The translations under genes were made by a program, and so were the position numbers. The notes beneath the pieces were generated by a model. It searched no databases. It was given only the letters and a program-made list of their open reading frames with translations, and was not told the origin of the DNA. A stretch of 62,807 nucleotides of DNA, the filler included, from Choristocarpus tenellus KU-1152 (lineage: Eukaryota > Protista > Phaeophyceae), in assembly GCA_964200185.2 (NCBI GenBank). It is 11 parts of 11 records of this genome, joined end to end, with 100 filler letters (N's around TTAATTAATTAA, not from the genome) between each part and the next. Parts side by side here need not be neighbours in the genome. Positions count along the whole stretch, not along the records: positions 51,178 to 53,780 come from CAXNAD020026363.1; positions 53,881 to 59,636 come from CAXNAD020009836.1; positions 59,737 to 62,807 come from CAXNAD020022525.1; 8 more parts are not named here. One strand, given 5' to 3'. Of this stretch, positions 53,486-62,807 are shown piece by piece. Position 1 is the stretch's first letter. Each line of letters opens with the position of its first letter.

Positions 53486-53780
53486 TGTGCAAAATAGGAC
53501 AATAATGAGGTGTACCTTATTTTGTGTATATGAGATTTATTGTGTTGAATTGAGTCCATGTGATGTAACAAATGAGATAGTACATCTGGATTATGAATGG
53601 GAATATGTATGGGTTTTATTCTGCATTCAACTACTTTGACATAACCATGGACTTATGTATGTGAAGCACAAATAAATAATAAACAAGCAATGAGAAGACA
53701 CCACACACAAAGGTCACTCTTCTCTTCTAATCTTCAACCATGTAATCACGTTCAGCAAAGGGGGTCGTGTGAGGCTTCAC
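53486..53780 (+). mobile_element. Putative LTR (TGTGCAAA start) inserted into MITE A
   Basis: Begins abruptly with TG and its end overlaps the reverse complement of 39874-39944, which ends TTTGCACA. Confidence 0.55.
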
Positions 53781-56700
53781 NNNNNNNNNNNNNNNNNNNN
53801 NNNNNNNNNNNNNNNNNNNNNNNNTTAATTAATTAANNNNNNNNNNNNNNNNNNNNNNNNNNNNNNNNNNNNNNNNNNNNTCTTTACACCAACAAATACA
53901 GATACAAACCACATCCTTCATTGATCTAATACATTTGAAACGTACGAAACGAAAAGGTCACAAAAATACAGATACTCTCAGCTCAATATGAAATCGTATG
54001 CTGTTTGATATTCGTATTTTTGAGACACAATTCTCATAAAAATGATGAAATCTGAGTTTTGAGGATCAACAGACCAGACGACATAAAACAGCACCTCCCA
54101 TCCCTCAGTCCTCATCTCGATTCATTCCCTTCCGTAGATACCACGCAGACCTCTTACTTATCCTTCCCCATCACATCCTCCCAATCTTTGCCATGTCCAA
54201 CATTCCCTCAACAACAACCCACCCGCCCGCCGATGGAAATGCCCACGGATCCAGAACGCAGAACTTAACTCTGAAGGGCATGTCCCAGCTCCTAGAGCAT
54301 CATTACCTTGCTTGGCTCGTATAAGATGAAACTCACAAACGTCACATGCACAGATATGGTGCGTCCTTTAAGCGAGCAGCAAATTCAAAAACCTGATGTT
54401 TTCTTTTACTTTATGTGATGCAAGATTTTTTTAAACTATATTTTAGCCCTGGGCTGTTGTGGCCTTATTCTCCCTCTCCCTGTTCTTCTCTTGCGATGTA
54501 TTACAAGTCCAAAAACTTGCACAAGAAAATAGATAAATGCAGATCGGCGTATCGGACAGGCAGGGTGGGGTGGGCATATCGCAAAAAACGATATATCGGG
54601 CATGACTGAGATATTCGTACAAAGAGGTCGATCATCATATGATGACATTACTTATATGCACTCAATGTTAGCTTCTTCTACTTGGCGACAATAGCAATAA
54701 TTGATAAACAATCTAATAATATGGGAAAATAGTACTTATCTTATTATTATTATCAGTCAAACTTCCATAATGACGATGAAACGCCGTCCCTAAAGAAACC
54801 TACTTCAAAGTACTATTTTTTTCTACAGCATCCACCATCGACAGTCAAAGGTCTCCACTGACCGCACTAATTATTCAAGCAAGCAAGCCAACGCAGTGCA
54901 TACATGTGCACGACGATCAAACGAAATCATTGCCGCCCCCCACACACTGTACTACTACCACATCCGGCACGGATTCCCATTCAAAAAGGGGCCCTTAAAA
55001 AGTGCCGCAACATTTACAAAAAAAAACATATCGGCACTTTTTCCGCACCATTTTTGGTCAAACCCATCCTCAATTTATAAAATCCCCTGTTAATTGCAGA
55101 AATAGTCTTTGCTTAATTGTACCCACTTTTTAAGTGGAAAGGGGGATTGCCAATTTTGCGTACACTATTGTGCACATGGACATGAAGCAATCTATTAGTG
55201 TGTATTGCGCAGGGTAAGAAAGGTGTCTTGGAACGCAAAAGGGTCCAAACCTGCCCACCTCTTGATTGATTTGCCTCATTTTTCTGAGTTTACCCCTTTC
55301 GCACACTGGTCCAAATTGACTCTTGACCTGGACGAATGCCCAATTCCACGCTGCATGGTCCCTCGTTAACAAAGATGAATCATACATACATCTATCGACA
55401 CATGTGTTGACTCAGATAATCCCATGTTTTGCATTGAAGTAAACAACGTATAATACGGGACAAGGGAATGACCCTGTACATTTGCTCGGCAATGGGCATT
55501 GTAAAAGAGCAAGTGGCACCAGGTTTTCCCTGACAACAACAGGTGTTAGGTTGAACCGTGGTGCTGGACAACATAAGTACAATGCAGCAAAAGGGCTTTG
55601 GAGTTGACTGGAAAAACGAAAACTTGAAAACCAAATTGCCCCAAAGGTTGTTCTCGCAACAGACCTTGAAAGACAAATGGTCCCTAGCATCATTGTGGTG
55701 TATAGTGGATATCAAGGTCCAAACTTGATTGAGTGCTTCACAGTTTTGCCAGAACTGAGTGTCTTGTCTTTGATGTGAAACAATGCAATTTAGTAGAAGG
55801 GCACTCCACACCTTTTCTCCACATTACAATGGGAACAAGGGCAATGGGGTTCTCTATGCATGTACACTTCAAGTCCTCCATAAGTAAGTCTGTCTTCAAG
55901 TACATGGCATTGCTGAAATATGGTACTCTAGAGGAGTAGAGTGGGTTGGAAAATCTATCGCACAAGGTGGGAATGAGGGATTGTGAGGCTGGGCTATTGT
56001 GCACACTCTTTGTGACCACTGCGACTGAGGAACTGATGACAATGTCGCAGCCCTCAAAAGAGCTTGCATCTTGATCTAAGCCCAAGCTTTCTCAGTCAAA
56101 AGTACTAGAGGCTGAAAATCAGAGCACATGTGAGCAATAGAGATTGATAGACTTGATGCAAGCCCTACCCATAGGGTAGCTGTAATATCAACATGAACAA
56201 TGACTGAGATAGAAGAGCGGACTTGGTCAGAAGTTGAAATAAATTGGACTCAAGTATAATCAACACATGCTGCTACTGAATTGACACCCGTGGTGTAAGA
56301 TAATGCGCATAAACACGTCCTCATTTATCCCACCTGTTACTAGCACACAGTCAACAACAAACCAGAACGGTACTCTGCCTTGATATAGGCCTCTTCCCTC
56401 CCCCTACCTGTATTTGTAGGAAATTTCATGTCCTCAGCCATCATATTGGTGTAATCAGCTGTAAATAAGATTACAGATCCACTGATGCTGAAGCAGCCCT
56501 TTTCTATGTCATCCTACATGTGCACTAGTACACGCCCAAGAGTCACATCATGAACCACCACACATGTTATCTAATCTGTATTTACACATCCTGCTTCAAA
56601 TCACAGCGCTAACGAACAGACACAAAAGCTTTCCATACAGACTGCAGAAGCTATTTGTACAGTGTGGAAACACAAAACTCGCTTCTTCTGCATGTCAACA

Positions 56701-57224
56701 CAACACATAAATCCCCCATCTCAATTGCAGGAAAGAGTTGGCACTACCTTTGAATATGTCCTACTAACAAAACCGTGAAAGCAAAGCACAGCGGCAGTGC
56801 TGGCAAAATTGGATACATGTGGCACATTCTTCTAACGCAGAATCTCAGGCTCATCACAATACTTCCCACTACTTCAAGGCAGTGTAGGGGGCGCAGGCGA
56901 ATTGTGACGTTTGTGTAGGAATACAGAGTACAAGATAGCCGATATGAGTAGGCACACCAATGTTTCAGCTGGTAGTTCAACTATGGTCTCCCTCTGGTTG
57001 GATGTTTACTATGAAAACCTTGATAGCAATTGATGGCATAACAGTCGACAACTATTGGTAGGCATCAGAATATCCTTAGGACTCCCTCTATCCTGAACAC
57101 GAATATCACAGTGCCTTAGAAAAATTTGCTTCCAAAGTTGCTGAGTATTGCTTCTAGAAATCCCTTTTCAATGAGCACAAGTAGAACACCCCAACTGCAA
57201 AGACTCAATCGCCCAATCCTGAGC

Positions 57225-58663
57225 TCACACCTCTAGAGAGATTGGAGAGCAGGGTGAAGGGAAGGTACGGGTTGATGTGAGTAGGTACAATAGGGTACAA
57301 CAAAGTCAGAGGAGGGGTCCATGTGATAACAGGTGTTAGGTGGAGGTGTTAAGAGCGGGAGGTAGTGTGCTGCATGATGTTGCAAGGTTGCCAGCTACAG
57401 AAAGGCCGAGAGAATCCCAGTATCTGTATGTACAGTAAATCATACCCAACAGATGTGATAAGTATTGTGATAACACCTTGTACTACACATGAAGTTAGGG
57501 CCTGCATTCCTAGTTTTTGGGAGGTTCCAAAATGTCTGTGGATGTCTGAATGTCTGTGTACAGTTCGGACTGCCTGGGCAATGAACCGTGGGGGGAATTG
57601 AAAGGTGTTGCTTCAGAAGATCCTCGAAGATAGGACGAAGGAGGATCGGAAATTCCACATTTAGAATTTCAGTACAAACACACATGGAAATGTGTTGTTA
57701 ACTGACAATTCCAAATGGTCAGTCTTCGATCTTCGCAGTCCCAAATCTCGACTCCGATACTTACACGGAGAAATGAATGATACGGACATAAGTTTGTGAA
57801 TGTACGATTGCCAGAAGTTTCGTATAAATCCCCCCAGAAATATCGCGACATATCTGGGCCAAGCTCACCGTCCTCATGCAAGAGCATGTTAGGTACCCCT
57901 TCTCTCACAGGAAACTTTCGTCCAGTCTCAGGGCATACCAGCTCTCCTTCAATAAGGTGCACCTCTAGTAAGGCGTGGTGCACCTTTTGGAGAAACGCGT
58001 CATCACTCCTTAACTCCTCGTCCACCTGTGGGGGTCAAGTATGGGGGGAACGGAGGCATTGATTGGCATCGTGGTGCACATTGGGACGAAAATCGTCTTT
58101 CATGGGGCTTATGTGGGAAGGCATTTGAGCGCTTTGCGATGTTTGACTTGGTACATAAACACTATTTGATGGTTGAGGGCAACGGTGTAGAATTCTGTGT
58201 ATTGGGACAAGGACAAAATACACCTCTAGGTTTCCCACCCATGTCTATTGCTGAGGTAAACCACTTCAGCTCACCTTTTCTGGAAGATTGTCTCCTGCGC
58301 CCAAGGTGACTGCCGCCTCTCGGAACACCGACCACTCCAGCTTCCCGAGCATATTGAAGACAAAATCTGAATTATATCCACCCATCACGACAAAGATTTT
58401 GACCGAAAAAGATAAGTTCGAGATAAACTTTAGTTAGGATAAGGAAGCACATATCATCGCTTACCGACAACCAGCCTAAGTCATTGTAGAGCACTGCAGG
58501 AACCACATCCTTGGTGTCTTGTTGGTGGTTGAGGATACAGACTTGCGATACCTTTGTCAAACTCCAGTTCCTGGGACACCACCTTGACAACCTCAATGCC
58601 CAATGGGTAGCCTTGCACCTGCCGAATGTTGGACTTCAGCATGTTGTGAGTTATTAGCCTCAT
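57225..58663 (-). CDS. TRM112: Multifunctional methyltransferase subunit TRM112
   Basis: Exons 58663-58552 (MRLITHNML...), 58366-58275 (DFVFNMLGKLEW...), 58025-57869 (FLQKVHHALLEV..EGELVCPETGRKFPVREGVPNMLLHED) and 57232-57225 (EV-stop). All are GT-AG and phase-consistent. Confidence 0.96.
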
Positions 58664-60104
58664 CTTCTCTGACAGGGTAGTTGGTCTCTCTTCACCAATG
58701 CTCCAGATTGTCGTAGATGGAAAGTGAAGGCCCTGAGACGGCCCAGAACTGTAGAAGTATTGTTCACTAGTCTTTTTTTCTCTAATTATATTAATTATTG
58801 TTTTGAGAGTCAGTAATTAAGATAGTCGTTGTCAAAGTAATTATCCTCAGTTCGAAATTCTTTTTCGATACTTTTCAAGGAAAGTTGGTATTTTTGAAGA
58901 TCGTATTCCCCATGACAACTGCAACGGATCGGCGCAAACCTGTACTATCTATTTATGGAGATCAAGGTGGACACCTCGAGCAGGATCGGAGACTGAGCAA
59001 CGAGGGATGATGGGAGTACTGAACCCAACACGCGAGAAGCAAGGCAGGAACAGAGGCAGTACAATTCGTTTCAGTGCAATAGTTCATAGTTTGAATGGGA
59101 AGTAGTGTCATGTGTAGAGCTCCTGACCTCGAGTCGGGGTGTGTGAAGGAAAGATCTGGCCTATGGCGGTGAAGATCATTGTGGAGGGAGAGAGAGTACA
59201 TACGGGTTAGGGTGATGAAACTCAACTGTTACATCACCCAACACCAGAATTAAGGGAGGAGGTAGAGCGACGAGTGCTGTGATGGCTGAACTCAATGGGC
59301 GAGAAAAATCAAGGCACGCATGGGGCAGTGCAATTAGTTCTACAACAACAGGTAGTTCGTACGGTAGAAGAAATAGTGCAGCGTGAACTGCCGTCTGACC
59401 ATGGGACAAGGAAGGGTGATGGCAGGGTGGAGGAAGTGGAGTAGTACAGACTACATCCGAGCAAATAATGAATAAATGATGAGTGGGTTCATAGTAAGAT
59501 ACTTTCCTCATTATTTTTACAAGTACACTACAAGCAGTATTAGTTCGGTCATAAAAAAAAATAACGCCAGACCAACTACGCGCCAAACACTACAAATTCC
59601 TATACTGGTGGATTGGGTCAAAGTATCTTGGGGGGGNNNNNNNNNNNNNNNNNNNNNNNNNNNNNNNNNNNNNNNNNNNNTTAATTAATTAANNNNNNNN
59701 NNNNNNNNNNNNNNNNNNNNNNNNNNNNNNNNNNNNGCGTGGCGGGCGGGGGGGCCAGCGCAGGCTGAATGGAGGGGGGAGGCGTGTGTTTGGGAAGGGG
59801 GCTTCAATCACCGTCCCGGACAACAGACAGACATCACGGGTCAGACTCCTTTAACATTATTAGAGAGTGAGCTCTATCTATATATAGGGCAACATCATCA
59901 CCACCACCACCACACGTAAAAGTTTTTTTTTTTTTGTAACGTAGGTACAAAAATAACTCCAGTACGTATTTTATGCGCCAGAAAAAAAACAGAATTTTTC
60001 ATCACATACATAGCATTGATAGCACACACAGACACATATGTATATATATATTAATATATATAAAAAAATATATTCACGCAACATTTTTTTTTTCATCCTC
60101 TTAC

Positions 60105-60476
60105 CGATCGCTGAGCCTTTCCTCCGGCAGTGCTGAGCATGACATTGGTCACCCCCGGGGCCTCCCTGTCCCACCCGTATCGGATACAGACCAGGAGGGC
60201 CTGTCCCACAGCTATACGTAGGTAATCCTCTGTGGTCAGCTCTCTGCTGGGCACCGGCAACTTTTATTAATTTTTTTTTAATTAAAAAAAAAATAGTGTG
60301 AGAAAAGAGTGTGCAAGAGAAACAATTAGGTGTGGGTCAAGTAGGATCAGAAAAAAAAGTTTTTTTTTCTTTCTTTTTGAAGGGATGAGGTTGGTGTTGG
60401 GGTCAGGGTTAGGGTTATAGGACTACAGACTCATATTTATGCATTTTGGGAGGTGAGGTTGCGGGGGTTGGGAGAA

Positions 60477-60518
<42 letters not shown>

Positions 60519-60537
60519 GGGGGGGGGGGGGGGGGGA

Positions 60538-60598
<61 letters not shown>

Positions 60599-62807
60599 AT
60601 GAGCTAAGGTTAGGGGAAGCACGAGGGTTTCGGGATGAAGCGTGAATGGATAGATTGGCGCAGACATGAATATATGTATATATTGCAGGACGGGGTGTTT
60701 AGGCTCAAGATAAGTAGTAGTATTAATAATAATGAAGCACTTCAGAAAGATCTTGAAATATTCAAAGAGTATGAAATGGAGAGTGCAACATGTCAGTGAA
60801 CAGATAATCATTCCTAGTCGCACACACACACATTATTATTCCGTCCAGAGGTGACATACACTGCTACTGCTCCCCCACACCTACAACATCATTTCTTGCA
60901 TGCTAAATCCCAATGTGAGATACACGCCACATATATAACTTGAGACTCAAAAATCATGATGCTAACCCCCCCCATCCCCCAATAGTCTCAGTTGGGTTTC
61001 TAAATTGCGATTGGTTGACTTCCTACACAGTATGCTCCAAAAATTAAATCACTCTATCCCTAACCCTATAAAATGGAACAGGCATTAGTGAGCATAGACC
61101 TAGTAAAAAGAGTAATTTCAATATAAGCTTCAAATAATAATAATAGTAATATTCTCAACACTAAAATTTCAAAGAATGCATTCCGATGAATCTCCTCATC
61201 CACATTCCCACTACCCCCCCCCCCCCCCCCCCCCCCCCCCCAAACCAACCCCCAACCCTAACTCACATGTGGGGGATGTGTCTTCCCTAACCCTAGGTCT
61301 TTATCTCCCGGGAAGGGTGAGATCTGACAGACAGGAACATCAACAAGGCTGTCGCCATCACCCCTCTCATGTGCCCCCATGAAAAACACAGTACAGACAA
61401 AAGATCTGTATTCAAAAACGCCTTTTTGCCTAGTACTCCCCGTAGGCGTAGGCGCCGACTTGTCGCACGAGGAGTAGATGCGTCGTAACATAGCCGGCCA
61501 CATCTCTGGGGGGTTTGCACGACGTCGAATGGCGGTGCAGCATGCACAGCAGTAGCGTTGACAATCAATGGGGTGCGCGGATTTCCACAATATTGTCTAG
61601 GCATTACGGCATATGGGCAATCGGGTTATCTCTCTCTCTCTATATATATATATAGAGAGAGAGAGAGATACAGTGCAATGTTGTCAAGGCGTGCTGAGGA
61701 ACATGAGAGCGTGTTTTTAGTCTGTGAGGTGATGGATTCGCACACATGTTCTAGAGTGTGGGGCGCAAGAGTGGGCGGGGCGCAGCACGTGGATCAGCAC
61801 AAAGTCACCGAGCCATCACAGCAAAGCAATTCTAAGTCGCGAGCAGGATGTGTGCTCAACAACCTCAACCACCAGATGCAAGCCCACAAATACCTACCTC
61901 CCTATGAACAACACTCAAGTGGAATATTACATATGTTGTACTCTACCCCCATTCCTGACGTGAACTCACCGGAAAAGTCATGGTCCTCTCGAAGAGCCCA
62001 CACAAGCACCCCTGCCTGCAACCATTCCGGCAATTCATTGCCTCCCTTGGACTCAGCCCTGGGGCCACTACCCGAACCCGAGTCATTCTCCACAGCAGCG
62101 TTGAGACCACCACCAACCCCCTGTTCCAAATCAGTCGAGAGGTCCTCCCCCATCCCTGCCCTGGTCTGTCCACCTGACTCGTTCCCTGGTTCTACTCCTT
62201 CATCAGCCCCTGCCCCAGTCCTTTCACCAGGTTCAGTCCTTTCACCAGGTTCAGTACTTGCTTCCACTACTCTATCGGCCCCTGCCCCACGCATTCCACC
62301 TAGTTTAGTTCCCAGTTCCGGTCCTTCATCAGCCCCTGCCCCAGTCCTTTCACCAGGCTCAGTACTTGCTTCCACTACTCTATCGGCCCCTGCCCCACGC
62401 ATTCCACCTAGTTTAGTTCCCAGTTCCGGTCCTTCATCGGTCCCTGCACCAACCCTCGCACCCGGTCCAGTCCCCAGTTCTGGTCCCCTCTCAGCCCTTG
62501 TCGCAGTCCCAGAACCGTCCTCTCGTTCAGCAGTTGTCATACAGCTGGAAGTAAGTGCCTCCATCTCCAACTCCATCAACGAAACCGCTTCAACCGCAGC
62601 AATAGCAGCCTCAAACGCTCTCGCCTCTCTCTCTGCATCTCCCAACGTGGAAGCCACCTCCAATTCATTGTGGGCCTCCTGGGCCGTTATCCTCGCCCTT
62701 TCCACGCCGTCCTCCAACGCTACAATGGTCAACATTTCCTCCTCTCCTTCAGAGGAAACTCCACCCACCCTTGCCTTCACGTTCACCTTTGCAGCCCCCC
62801 CCCACCC
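60105..62807 (-). CDS. PWWP-like domain protein, partial
   Basis: Exons >62807-61970 (...WLQAGVLVWALREDHDFS), 61505-61267 (EMWPAML...CTVFFMGAHE...VPVCQISPF) and 60260-60105 (YLRIAVGQAL...) are phase-consistent. They fit the PWWP pattern G-x-LVWA / WP / VxFxG / V....PF / C-terminal helix. Confidence 0.7.
60478..60597. repeat. Near-pure poly-G tract (~120 nt), intronic
   Basis: Seen directly; the length may be a sequencing or assembly artefact. Confidence 0.9.
62197..62490 (-). repeat. Coding 108-bp (36-aa) tandem repeat with an 18-bp sub-duplication
   Basis: EGPELGTKLGGMRGAGADRVVEASTEPGERT occurs twice plus degenerate flanking units, and EPGERT is duplicated. Confidence 0.9.

Noticed and set aside
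55392-56085. Overlapping 90-140 aa ORFs as a gene or transposase
   Set aside because: No coherent motifs or splice structure.
60437-60829. Poly-proline ORF (formin/extensin-like)
   Set aside because: It is a translation of the intronic poly-G tract.
61627-61670. Near-perfect palindrome (TC)n(TA)n(GA)n as a terminator or hairpin element
   Set aside because: It is a compound dinucleotide microsatellite in an intron.

Overview
This is eukaryotic, intron-rich, repeat-rich genomic DNA. A stramenopile such as a brown alga is inferred from the WSC-thaumatin gene, TTAGGG repeats and intron style, but is not proven. The window is not one locus: it is 11 short contigs joined by an artificial 100-nt spacer (N44-TTAATTAATTAA-N44), so adjacency across spacers is meaningless. 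Manual splicing recovers a complete TRM112 gene, a two-exon HAD-superfamily hydrolase, and a multi-exon coiled-coil gene with a CC1-box-like (AAxxGxxLL) motif resembling dynein activating adaptors. It also recovers a partial WSC-thaumatin fusion gene, a partial PWWP-like gene with a coding tandem repeat, an RGS-like exon, an RGG-rich terminal exon, and two exons probably joined by a GC-AG intron. The rest is dead Ty3/Gypsy LTR retrotransposons (one with 5' LTR and PBS), three MITE families sharing a terminal inverted repeat (TIR) core, probable Harbinger and hAT relics, microsatellites and many short interstitial TTAGGG arrays. I found no convincing wholly new biological system; the best lead is the CC1-box adaptor-like gene.
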